From the NCBI GenBank assembly GCA_009914755.4, contig CP068257.2, positions 17,216,001 through 17,280,000 on the forward strand: a stretch of DNA of 64,000 nt, written 5' to 3'. This DNA is from the human T2T-CHM13v2.0 reference genome, Homo sapiens. Under the pieces are notes generated by a model. It was not told where the DNA came from. It ran no database searches and saw nothing but the letters and a program-made list of their open reading frames with translations. This document shows, piece by piece, positions 28,891 to 41,762 of the stretch (position 1 is its first letter; every line of letters starts with the position of its first letter). Position numbers and translations under genes: made by a program.

Positions 28891-31184
28891 ATGTTTAACA
28901 TCTATATATGCTAAATTGAAACAAAGATAGATAAATAACAATAAATTATTACATTAATAATTGGGATTTTTAAAGAAGGTTTAGAGATATTCCTTTAAAT
29001 GTTACATTACACTATACATTTTTAGACTTAAATGACTTGTACAGGAAAATGTTTATAGTCAGCCTGATATTCAAAAGTAATAATAATTTGCTATATTTTT
29101 TATAAACAAAATACATATTTTAGGATAATTTTATTGGAAAAAGAATTTTATTAATTTTCTTTCCTATGATACTGCCATATCTTCTTATTTTAATGTCCAT
29201 TAATATTAAAAATTAACTCCTTATTTTGTGACACCCAGAAAATTACTGCAATGAAAAATAAAATACAGCTTGCATTGCAGCAAATGAGTATCTCATTATG
29301 TCCATTGGTAGACCAATTAATAACAATTTTAAATGAATAATGTTATTATCTAATCATGAGTTTTATTACAGAATTCTTTTAGAATAGATACATGTCTTCT
29401 GGGCTTGGTTATGTGAAGATAGAAGTATGCACATTTATTATTGTTGTAAGTCTTTTAAAACAACATTTTTGTGATATTAGCTATATTAAACAGTTATACA
29501 GAGGATATCATAATGACGCTAAGTTTAAACTAAACTATTGCAAATAAATATTATTCACAACAGCTCTAATAATTAACTGTCAGCCCCTTATAAACAGTCA
29601 TAAATTTTCTTTTCTATTTAAGGATTTACTTATCTTACATAAATAGGGTTTACTTGTCTTACATATCCATTTAAAAGTTAGAATATCAAAGCGAGTTTCC
29701 TGGAAGTCTTATCATATGAATAATTGCATAGTCTCTTAAATGTTATGAATATCCATCTACAAATACTGTAGACTATAGAGATCATGATTTTCTCTAAGTA
29801 TTTTTATGGTAAAATAGAAATGAAAAGGAATTCTCTGTCAAAATGAACATAAAAGCAGTTAATTAAGGAGTAGGTGATAATGATTCACCTTATAATTCTA
29901 TTTTATATTAGATTTCTTCATATGATTAATTATCTTCTTTATATGTAAGTCTATATTCTAGAAGCTACAAAGCCATGTTAATGTAAACATAATTAAAATT
30001 TTATTTCTATAATTCAACACAGGCTTCATAAATAATTTTGTAATGTGAAGAAAATTAATGCCATGTAAGTTAATAATTACCTAAATCTGTTCTTCACTAG
30101 AGCTCTTGAGCTAATTTTTTCACTAAACTTCTTCTCCCCTCTGGCCTCTAGAAAACTAAGGCCAAATTCCTAACAACAACAGAAACTAAATCAGTTTCCT
30201 TTGGATGAAGAACTCCGTTATCCAGTGCTTTTAATGATCAGTGTTGAGGTTTGCTGCAGAGATTCTGTGCTTTGGTCCCATGTTGAGAACATTCTCCTTG
30301 TCACAATATTTGTCTTTCTGTTCTGGTCTCCTATTTTAGTCCTGTAGTCAGCTAAGACTTGCAGACTCCAGACTCTTAACCTTTACATGTAACATTTATT
30401 TTCTGGGTGTTTCTTGCTTTGTTTATTTTTCTTTCATTTGTTTTTGTTGTTGAATCATAATTACTACTCACGTGACAGACATAGACTTTTCTTCTTACTT
30501 ATCCAGGGTTAATGTTGGATTCAATGTGATATATCTTCATAATTTACTTGCCCACCTAAAGAACATCTTTCACAAACATTTCTATTAAAAAAACAATTCT
30601 TCGTCTCTTCCTGTATGATCACTGCTGTTCTGTACGTTCCCATTACTTAAAACTTAGCAGCAATTTGCCTTTAAAAAAATTTTTTTAACTAGGCTTTCCT
30701 CTAAATCTAGCACTTCAGATATCTTCTTTACCAGGAAGAGAGCTCACTCAGAGCACTAGTGCTAACTGCTCAGCTGTCAATACAGCCCATTCATGGGAAC
30801 CAGCTATATTCATGCTTTCATCATGTCCTGTGTATGTTTCAACACAATCTATTCATTTAATAATGTGTGTATATGTGCATGTGTGTGCATAAACACACCA
30901 ACTGTATGTCAGAAACTGTTCTGGGGACCAGCAGCACAAAGATAAAATGGGAAAATCTCTTCTTTTGTGGACTTCACAGCACAGTGTGGGTGAGAAACTC
31001 ACAAGCAGGTAACAAATCAGGTTAAATAATGAGATAGTTCAAGTCTGAAAAGGGGATGTATACTTAGTAGAGTGGTAAAAGAAGACCCCCTTGGAAAGGT
31101 GCATTAGAGCAGCTAACTGAGATTAGAGAATAAGCATTGTTGATATCTACAGCAAGAACATTCTGAGTAAATAAAGAACAACTT

Positions 31185-31530
31185 GGCCTGGCATGGTGGC
31201 TCGTGTGTGTAATCCCAGCACTTAGGGAGGCTGAGGTGAGCAGATTCCTTGAGCTCAGGAGTTTGAGACCAGCCTAAGCGACATGGTAAAATCTCATCTC
31301 TATGAAAAAATAAAATAAAATAACACCACCAACAACAAAAAACAAATATAAAATAAAAAATTAGGTGAGCATGGTGGTGCACAACAATAGTCCCAGCTAC
31401 TGGGCAGGCTGAGGTGAGAGGATTGCTTGAGCTCTGTAGGTTGAGGCTACAGTGAGCTACAATCATGCCACTGCACTCCAGACCTAGTGACAGAGCAAGA
31501 CCCTATCACTAAAAATAAATTAATAAATAC
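31185..31530 (+). mobile_element. Full-length Alu with an extended, degenerate A-rich middle and tail
   Basis: ggcctggcatggtggctcgtgtgtgtaatcccagcacttagggaggctgaggtgagcagattccttgagctcaggagtttgagaccagcct...gctacaatcatgccactgcactccagacctagtgacagagcaagaccctatcactaaaaataaattaataaat. Confidence 0.85.
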
Positions 31531-33002
31531 AATTTAAACATAAAGTATTTTTATGGGAGGATCAGTTTTCATATCAATTAGAAAAACTCAGGGTACCAAT
31601 GGCTCAAAACAAAACAGAACCCAGAAACTCTCAGTAGCTCAAAGCAGTACAGTGTATTTTTTGCTCACATCACATGCCCATTGTGGGTTAGCACAGGGTG
31701 TTACTCGTTGTTATGGCTTTGGAACTCAGGCTACCAAAGCTTTATCCCAACACTGGCTTCCACCATCACAGAAGCTGAGAAAAAAGTAAATGGGAATTCC
31801 TACACTGATCGATAAAGCACCTTTTGATCACTTGGGGTGACATTTCATTGCTTATTCCACAGAGCAGTTTTGAGTGCAGGACTGGACACAACATAGTCAA
31901 TAGAGGTGAATAATAATAGTTTAATGCTTATGTGTTCAGAAGTTAAACATGTCATTACAGCTTGTCACATATTTATGCTAACCTAACAAAGTCCGAATGT
32001 AATTTACAAATGGGAAGGATATAAAGAAAATCATAAAGCCATAAACTCATAAAGCCAAGGTGGAAGGAACAATTTTGAGTTTTATTCACCAGGAAAGAAA
32101 ATGCAATATTGCGAATTGTAACTTACATCAATAGATCAACATAACAAACTTTTCAATCATGTAATTTATATTTTACCTTTGTCAGTCCCTTATTTGTTTA
32201 TATAAAATTAGTTTTAATATGTAAGGCATTTTTCAATTTTCTCATAATTGCAACTTTCAGGCAAAGTTGTGTTTACATCAGCAGCTATGGAATTGCTATA
32301 CGTTGAAGAGAACTAAGTGTTTTTCAGCAAGCTATTGGATTTGTGTACGGGAGCTCAGATTTTATTTTAAAAGATGATGTGGTCTTTTTTTCCAGTTTGT
32401 AATAGAATTTCATTAAGCTACTTTTATTGTTGTTTCTTTTTGCTTCTATATAATTCCCTTCAGTCTCAATAAGCCTTACCTATGAGTGTGCTTGAGAGAG
32501 CAGGTGGTGTTTCAAGAGAGACTGGGGCTGGGTTTGCTAATCATGAGAAAAGAGATGGATTTAGATATTTCATTTTTCTTCTCTGATGCAATCCATTTTA
32601 ATAGAAAGACATGATTTTATAAAGCTGAGTTTGGGTTGTATTTATATAAACACACCTGTCACAATTAGCCACATACATAATTTCCCTGTTTTGTATTATT
32701 CAGAAAAATACTACATGTAGTTAATTCTGCTTTAAATTTTTTTAAAAAGAAAAAAATACTATTATTATCCTGCTAAGAGATGAACTGAAAGTAGATGCAC
32801 AGTGTATTTGACAGTCTCTGCTCTAGAAAAATCAGTTTTAATGCAAAAAAGCATGATCTCCCTCTGACATTTGGAAAAAAACTGGTTATTCAATCTGGTT
32901 ACTAATAAAATGTGTGTTTCTTTCATTTGTATTAGGCTTATCAGTATAAATAAAATAAAAGCTACATGGTTAAATGTGATTTCAAATTGTGATAACTAAG
33001 AC

Positions 33003-33137
33003 TATATATACATATATTTGTGTTGGTATGTGAACATATGTATATGTTCACCATATATATGTGAACATACACATATATTCATACATATGTATATGTTCAC
33101 CATATAAGTATGTGAACATATACATATATTCACGTAT
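33003..33137. repeat. Palindromic minisatellite: about 2.5 tandem units of roughly 45 bp built from the inverted motif gtgaacatat / atatgttcac
   Basis: tatgtgaacatatgtatatgttcaccatatatatgtgaacatacacatatattcatacatatgtatatgttcaccatataagtatgtgaacatatacatatattcacgtat. Confidence 0.75.
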
Positions 33138-33144
33138 TCCTCTC

Positions 33145-35628
33145 AAACTTACCTGGAACATTCACAAAGACAGACCAGATAATGAGTCACAAAATACACC
33201 TTAACAAATTTAATAGAAGAGAAATTACATAAAGTTTGCCTTCAGGCAACAATAGAATTTGAAAATAAATTAATTATGGAAAGAGACCTAGATAATTCCA
33301 AAACATTTGAAGATTAAACGTCCACTTGGAAATAACACATAGATCAAAGAAGAGGTCTCAAAATAAATTTCAAAAACTTTGAACTAAATACAAATAAGAA
33401 TACAATTTATCAAAATGTATAAGATTCAGTGAAAACAGTGCAGACACAGAAACTGATAGCCTTGAATGTGTATATTAGAAAGGAAGAAAGTTATAAAATT
33501 AATAATCCAAGCTTCCACCTCAGAAAATGAGAAGAAAAAAAAAGCAATGAAAGCCTAAAGAAAACAAAAAAATGAAATATTTAGAATTAGAGGAGAAAAT
33601 ATTAAAATTATAAACAGAAAATCAATAGAAAAAAATCCTTAAAAACTGGCTCTTGGAAAAGATCAATAAAATTGATAACCATCTTGCCATGTTAACCAAG
33701 AACAAAAGAGAAAAGAGAAAAATTGCTAATATATCAAATAAAAAAGGTTTGTTACCAATGGACGCAGACTGCCAAAACTCACACAAATAGAAAAATAAAA
33801 TCTAAATTGGCCTCTATATCCTATAGAATTTGAACCAATAATTAATAACATTCCAAATAGAAAATAATAGGTTCAGACTGTTTCGCTGGTAAATTCTACC
33901 AAATACTAAGGAAGAATTGATAACAATTCTCTACCACGTTTTTCAGAAAATACAATCCGAGGGAACACATCTTAACTCTTTGTCAGTTAGCTTGAGCTGT
34001 TACAACAAAATACCTGAGATTGGGCAACTCAAACAACAGACATTTATTTCCTACAGTTGTGAAGGCTGGGTAGTCTGAGATTAGGGTGCCAGCACGGTCA
34101 GGTTCGGGTGAAGACCTGATTATTGCCGAGAAGATGGCTGCCTTCTTACTTTATCCTCACAAAATAAAGAGTGGTAGCTTTGGTGTCTCTTTCCCTTCTT
34201 ATAATGGCACTAATTAACCTCATCTAAACCTAATTACCTCCCAAAGCGCCACCTCATAATTTCATCACAATGCAAGTTAAGGCTTCAATATATGAATTTT
34301 GAGGGAAACAAACATTCAGCGTAACACTCTTTCTACAAAGCCACCGTCACCCTACTACCAAACCAGGTAATGTCATTGTAATAAAGGAAAACTACAGACC
34401 AGTATTTTTCATAAGCGTACATATGAAAATCGTCAACAAAACATTAGCAGACCAAATTCAGCAGTATATAGAAAAGAACTATACACCAAGACCTAGTGGG
34501 ATTTGTTTCATGTATCTGGTTCAACATTTAAAAATCCATTAATGTAATCCATTATATCCAGCAGGATACAGAATAAAAATTATATGATCATATATAGATG
34601 TAGAAAAAGCATTTGACTAAATTTAACATTCATGGTAAAAACTGCAAATTCAAAATAGAGGAAAACTTTATCAACATGGTAAAGAACATCTACAAAAAAA
34701 ATATACAACTAAACAAAAAATAAGAAAGAAGAAACAAAATGCTTTCCCCCCAAGAAAGAGAACAAAAGAAGGATGTCCCCCTCACATCTCCTCTTCAACA
34801 AAGTGCTGGAAGTTGTAGCTAATGAACCAAGGCAATAATAAAGTTAAAAAAATAGAAGTATACAGAATAGAAGGGAAAAAATAAATCTTTGTTGATGGAA
34901 GACAGGATTGTTGATGTAGAAAATCTCAAAAAAAATCAAAAAATTTTCTTGGAAGAAAAAAGCTTTTTTCATAACTTCTGAAAGCAGAAGCAACCAAGAT
35001 GTCCTTCAATAGGTGAATGGACAAACAAAATTTCATATCTGTACAATGGAGTACAGTATTATTCATCAATAATAAGCAATGAACTATGAAGCCATTGAAA
35101 GACATGGAGGAATCTTACTGAGCGAAATAAACCAGTCTGAAAAGTTACTGTATTATTCCAACTACATGCCATTCTGGAAAAGGCGAAAAATAGAGTTGGT
35201 AGAAAGATTAATCCATTCTAGGGGATTGAGGGGGAAGAGAGGAGGGAATTGATAGGCGATTGACAGGGGATTTTTAGATTGACAGAATATTCTGTAAGAT
35301 ACTGAAATGGTGAATACATGACAATACACATTGATCAAAACCCATAGAATGTACAACATAAAGAGGCAATCTTATATAAACTATGGACTTTAGTTAATAT
35401 TGTATCAATGTTACTTCATTCATTATAGCAAATGTAATGCAAGATGTCAGAGATAAGGCAAGACAAATTCAGGGAAGGGACATGTATGGGAACTCTCTGT
35501 AATTTCCATTCACCTGTTTACTCGTTTTTTTTTTTTTTTTTTTTTTGGCAAATCTGAAACAGTTCCAAAAAATAAAGTCTAACAAATATTCTAGGTCAGT
35601 GTTTTGCTAAAAAAAAAAAAAAAAAAAA
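33145..35628 (+). mobile_element. Ancient L1 (L1M grade) ORF2-to-3'-end fragment, sense orientation. An older dispersed repeat is embedded at about 33985-34330, and there is a terminal poly-A (35609-35628)
   Basis: It translates to L1 ORF2-like LPGTFTKTDQIMSHKIHLNKFNRREIT.... The 3'UTR-like segment ...ctatggactttagttaatattgtatcaatgttacttcattcattatagcaaatgtaatgcaagatgt is typical of old L1 3' ends. The embedded segment carries the common ...gggcaactcaaacaacagacatttatttcctacagttgtgaaggctgg...ttcaatatatgaattttgagggaaacaaacattcagcgtaac consensus. Confidence 0.65.
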
Positions 35629-38600
35629 GAGAATAGTCTGAGCTCCATTTTCTTTCTTTTCTACATTTATTGATTGATTGCTTTAATAATTCTATGAAAA
35701 ATATTTTCTTACATTATTATAAGAAGGCCATTGGATATTTAAAGGAGAAGGGAGAAACACATCTGTGAGTTGATGGTAGATTTTCAAAAATATATATTGA
35801 TTAATTTATAATTTGTATTATAGAACCCTAAGGATAGAGACTGAAATGTTAAATAGTTCTACAAAGTTCATAAAGAAAAAGTGTTCTCCTGACCCATGAC
35901 TTCACACTTCTGATTTTTACTCCTCATTGACCACATATTTCGTCTTGTTCCAGCCTATTTAATTATCTGTATTAGATTTCTGTATTGAGATTTCTCAGTT
36001 GAAGATTTAGCTCTACTATACAATAACTTACCTTTCAATGATCACTCTTTCTTGCCCATCCTCCCAGTATAATTATTTCACTTTTTGGTTATATCAATAT
36101 TCAGAACTTCTCTTATGTGACAATGTCAATAATTTCTGAAATTAAAGTCTCTAGTGCAATATGAACTTTTTTTTTATTTTGTGTTGTAGTTAATAACTAC
36201 TTTCTTTTTTTAAATTTATTATTCTATGTTTTTATCACAAATTTGTCTCAGTGCTCCACCAGAAATCTGAATCACCTCTCAATTTGTGTTGTTATGTTTT
36301 TAAAAAACAGCACAAATTAACCATGTCGTTTTCTTTCTCGAGGAATACTTCCTATAACCTTCCATCCAGTCTAGATTGTTTGCTTTGTAGTCAGGACATG
36401 TAAGGGTCATCCTGAGATTTCTTTTTCATCTTTGCCATTATTCTAAAGACTTTCTCTGCCTTCTTTTTGGTTAGACACCTTGTTTCCTGGAGTCCATGTG
36501 TTCTTCTGGTTTATTTATGTATTTATTTTTCATTCTCATTTTGATTAAAGCCTACCCTCTTTTTCGGTAGCTTCTTTAGAACAGTTTTTTCTTTATACAG
36601 TTTAAATATCTGAATATGTTCTTGCAACTTTGTATTTATTTGAGTTTGGCTAGATTTAAATTGATGCTCTGGTAACTGTTTCATTCAGAATTTTTGAAGG
36701 CTGTGCTCCCTTGTGTCTACCTTTTGGTCTTGCTATTAAGTCTGATCCTATTGTCATTTTTAATTCTTTGTTTATAACCAATTTTTGGTTTGTTTGTTTT
36801 TGTTTGAAAGCTTTTATAGTCTTGGTCATCTCTTTATCTTGGATGTTAATAATGTTTGCAAAAATATACTTTTATATTTTATAGTTCTAAGCACTATATG
36901 GGTTCTTTAAAGTTGGCGACTAATGTGTTTCCTGCTAATTTATATTATCCCTTCTGTTTTCTCAATTCTTTGTACCTGTTTTAATCTGTTGTACCACTTT
37001 AATTTATTCATAATTACTAAGCCAAAAATATTTTCTAGCCAATTTTACACCTTTTTGCTATTTTATTCTATTTCCTGGGCTATTCCCTCTATTTTTATCT
37101 TCCAATCCTTTGTTATCATATTTTAAATTCCCAAGGCTCTTTTCTGGGTCTCTGAATGTTCCCTGCACTCACCTCATGATGCAATAACTTTACATTCTTC
37201 AAAGTTTATTTATCATGAAGCATGGTATTTGAGGTTTCATTTTGTTGGCTACTCGCAGAGGATAACACAGAGCGAGGAATTCTTTTTTTTCCTTTGAAGC
37301 ATATTGATAAATTTTCAAAGAAAATTAATTGTTTTCATAGATAGATAGGTGCCTATTTCCTTATTCTACCAGATACACAAGTGTTAATGGCACAAAATCA
37401 TTTCCACAGGTAGAACTGAGAATGTGGGGGTGGATGTCTGGTGAAAGTTCAAACAAATAGCATTGATATACTTTTCTTTCAAGTATTGTTGAAGCCAGAC
37501 ATTTAAGAGTCCAGCCTCACAGTTTCTCTCAATCTCTGGCCATACCTAAGTCCTCTAGGGATTTTAAACAATATTTTGAAAGTAAATTCCCTGAAAAGAC
37601 TAATATTACTACTAGTCCATGTGAAGGGGAGTGTCCCCAAAAACAATTGGAATTTGAAGTATTTATTTATTCATGCATTCACTCTCTTATCAATAATTGA
37701 TTATCTACTATGTGTGAGAAACAATGCTATGCATTTAGGATACAATTATTTAATTCAAATATCATTCATCTCTGTGTTTTTAAGGCTTTGTTTTCCTTGA
37801 TTGAATTTTTAACTGGCTGGCTCTTTCAATTGGGAATTGTAGAAAACATTTTTTTTTAAATAATAAGATCTTAAAACTCTTACGTTATTCAATACTGTAA
37901 TAATTCTTAGAAAGTAAACTGCGTTCAACCTGGAAAGATCACCTATATGGTAAATAAAGTTGTTGCTGGTGTTATTGTTTTAGACTTGAACAATTTCTGG
38001 AACTAGCAGAGAAAATTTTTAAGAAATCTGAAGTCAAGAACTGATTTACTGGTATTAGAGCCATAGAAAGGATAATACAGCCACTTTGCCCAAGGTATGC
38101 CTGCCTTACTTTTTTATTTATGAGTCACTAGCACTGCTAGAAAACAAACAGCTGCATCAGTATTTTCCTGGATATTAAAGTCACTTTTATTGATGCCTTT
38201 GAACTTGCTGTATCATCTCATAGGGACACTGCAAACAAAGCCCTAGTAAATATACAATTTATTACCAGGGAACCTAGTTAATGAAAATCTGTGCTGTGTA
38301 TAAGAAAAGCTACAATAGTCTGTTTGGAAAACATTCAAATTCTATTTCCAATTACATGTCATTGTGAGGTTTCCTGGGTTTTGCTCTTTATCTTTCTCTT
38401 TTAAAATCTCAATGTGTTGATTATTGATCTCTCTTCTACAAAGAGACAGCTATAAATGTGAACAAGCAGTATATATTTGGAATATTATGAATGTGTATCA
38501 AAATGCACCTCCAAGACGCATACAGTCTCCGTAAAACAAGGTTTACTTATTTTGTGAGTTAAGCGAACTAAATAAAATGTCATGTTTAGGTTACTAACTC

Positions 38601-39403
38601 AAAATTAGGAGTTATTTTGATCCTTAGTATATTATCAGAAAAATCTTAGTACACTGAGTGAAAAAAAATTTATGCCATTATTAAACACTCAAAAACTATT
38701 TTCTCATGCAATGTGAACATTTTAAACTCTTACTGGCTCTCATCAAAAATTGGAAGAAAATATCCCAGAGGATTTAATTCATTCATAAATGTTTTCCTGT
38801 TTTTTTTTCTATAATTTGGCCAATGTATATCTCTGAAAAAACATGCCCAATTAAGTCCAATATTCTATTTCAAAATATGACATAAATCTTTCTCTTTAAT
38901 GAAACAGGTAGTTTTCTATTGAGGTGGTCCAGATTGCAAGAAGACTAAAATGATATATTTTTTAAAAAGGAAGTGAACATAGTATTCTAATTTCATTTCA
39001 AGAGGAAAACAAAAATTATACATATGACTATAAAATAGTATTGAACTCCAGTATAAAAGTGAGGTATGAGTTACTATTTTCCTCTTTCTTAAAATAATAG
39101 CAAGAATAAAAATATAAGAACACAAATAAACAAAAAAGGACGACATTTCTAGTAAAACTAGGAGAAAGGTAAAATTTACACACTCCCAAATACATGTACA
39201 TCTTTTCAAAGTTGAGTTTGAACATGAGCTGTGTGAGAGGGCATGAAAAGGGCCAGGAGAATACCTCAAAAATCCCCAACAAAAATTCACGTGCTACAGA
39301 TGAGAGTCTTATTTGATGTAGAAACCGAATAACTTGTTCTTTACCCTGCTCCAGCTGGATTCAGAGAAATCTTGCCAACATGGCTGTGTAACGAATCATC
39401 CAG

Positions 39404-39715
39404 GCCAGACGTGGTGGCTCATGCCTATAAAGCACTTTGGGAGGCCGAGGCAGGTGGATCACTTGATGTCAGGAGTTCGAGACCAGTCTGACCAATGTGG
39501 TGAAACTCTGTCTCCACTAAAAAAAAAAAAAAAAAAAAAAAAAGCCAGGTGTGGAGGTGCGTGACTGTAGTCCCAGCTACTTAAGAGACTGAGGCAGGAG
39601 AATCGCTTGAACCTGGGAAGGGGAGTCTGCAGTGAGCCAAGATTTGGCCACTGCACTACGGCCTGGGTGACAGAGTGATACCTCTTCTCAAAACAAACAA
39701 ATAAACAAACAGAAA
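39404..39715 (+). mobile_element. Full-length Alu with its mid A-rich linker expanded to a pure A27 tract (39517-39543), and 10-bp TSD GAATCATCCA (39393-39402 and 39708-39717)
   Basis: ggccagacgtggtggctcatgcctataaagcactttgggaggccgaggcaggtggatcacttgatgtcaggagttcgagaccagtctgaccaatgtggtgaaactctgtctccactaaaaaaa...agccaggtgtggaggtgcgtgactgtagtcccagctactt...gcagtgagccaagatttggccactgcactacggcctgggtgacagagtgatacctcttctcaaaacaaacaaataaacaaac. Confidence 0.9.
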
Positions 39716-41194
39716 AGAATCATCCATATGGCCTCTGAGACTACATAAAAAGGGGAAGAAAGTCAGCTTCCCAGCTCACCCCAGGAAACCTGCAAGTTGT
39801 CACACCAGGAAACTGCAATTTATTATGATTAGTAATACAGAGAAACTAAAAACCATTGATAAAATGCTATTTTAAATATAGATGATAAACAAACAGAATC
39901 AGAACTTACTGAAAGATGATTAACACTGACAGAAAATATAGAAATATTGATATAGAAAAAAAATGATGATGAAATATTTTGCAATAGATTTTTTTAATGG
40001 AACTTTTACCCATTAAAATATTAGCAGGAGAGAGAGAGAGTAGGAAAGAGAGAAAGAGAGAACGAGAATAAGGAGATGACATATATGAGCTACCAGTTCT
40101 TAGAAAGGGGTGGAAGTAGAATGATCACACTTAATGACAAAATGAAATAGTGCAGGAAAAAAAAAAGATGAGGCAGGAAAAAAAAAACAGAAACAAAGAG
40201 AATAGATACTGAAAAATAAATTAAAATGGCAGCCTAGAGGTAAAAATAAATGCAGGTATGTAGAGTATACCTCAATGAAGTCCTTATGAAGGAAGAGAAG
40301 GAAGGAAGACCACAAAGAGACAGAGCCCGTTGATTTCAGTCCGGGCAGCCACTGCACCTGAAGCTACACTGCTGATCAACAACAACAACAAAAAACCCAG
40401 TAGAAATAATTGTATTTCGGCAAAGGCACTTGAGAGTGTTTTATGGTCGCAAAATAGAAGGTACATCAGCACCCAGAATGAAAGTCAACTGTGATTCCAC
40501 AGGAAAAAAAAGAAAAAAAATCTGAAATGCATCAGTTCTTGGGATAAATGGAAATGAAACAGTTGAAAGTGCCTGTTCTGGAGATGATTCATAAAGATCC
40601 AAGTGAAGATTCCAATATTCATCAAAGCACCAAGAAATCAGTGTGAAAAAGAACATCTCAACTGCAGGATCAGTACACGAACTATCATTATATAATGGTA
40701 TAGATATTTTAAAAATACGTGAAGATACAGTCTACATATAGGCAGAGAGAAAAGTAGTTTTAAAATGCAAAACTGAAGTTTTGTTGCTGTTTTAAAATTC
40801 TAAAAGTCCCTACCATATATATTTAGATTTTCTCCATTTACAATGTCTACTGGATTCTATTATTACTAAATTTAATAAATATATAAATCTTCAACATACA
40901 AGAATATAATTTTGAGGAATACTGTGAAATTTGGTTTCTCTAGAAATTACTATGCGTGTCCTAAAATTATTAAGTGGACTTAGAATGAATACTGCGTCGC
41001 TAAAACTACAATATAAAGCAATGATTTCAATCCATTTATCACCTACCTCATTTCCTATGCTTTAGATTTCAGAAGTATTACATCTATATACTATAAACAT
41101 CTCACAAAACATTAATAAGTTTTGTTTAAATAATGATACATATTTTTAAATGTATTAAGAGGAAAAATTGTGGGATTTTTAAACTTTTATTTTA

Positions 41195-41762
41195 AGTTCA
41201 CCAGTATATATGTAGGTTTGTTACATAGGTGAACTTGTGTCATGGGGGTTTGTTGTACAAATTATTTCATTACTCAGGTATTCACCCTAGTACTCATTGG
41301 TTATTTTCCCTGATCCTCTCCCTCCTCTGTTCCTCCAAAAGGCCCCAGTGTGTGTTGTTCCCCTCTTTGTGTCCATGCGTTCTCACCATTTAGCTCTCTC
41401 TTATAGGTGAAAACATGTGGTATTTGGTTTTCTGTTCTTGTGTTAGTTTATGTAAGGATAATGGCCTATAGCTCCATCCATGTCCCCTCAAAGGACATGA
41501 TTTTGTTTTTCTTTTATTCGTGCATAGTATTCCATAGTGTATGTGCACCACATTTTCTTTATCCAGTCTATCACTGATGAGAAGTTAGGTTGATTCCATG
41601 TCTTTACTATTGTGAATATTGCCACAATGAACATACCTACATATGCATCTTTATAGTATAAAGATTTATATTCCTTTGGGTATATAACCAATAATGGCAT
41701 TGCTGGTCAAATGGTATTTCTGTCTTTAGGTCTTTGAGGAATTGCCACCTGTCTTCCACCTG
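41195..41762 (-). mobile_element. L1 3'-end fragment (older primate L1), antisense
   Basis: gtaggtttgttacataggtgaacttgtgtcatgggggtttgttgtacaaattatttc...ccatttagctctctcttataggtgaaaacatgtggtatttgg...gtgcatagtattccatagtgtatgtgcaccacattttctttatccagtc. Confidence 0.8.

Noticed and set aside
31113-31466. 117-aa minus-strand ORF
   Set aside because: It lies entirely within an Alu (antisense) and its tail, so it is spurious. The same applies to 52030-52414 and 22979-23236.
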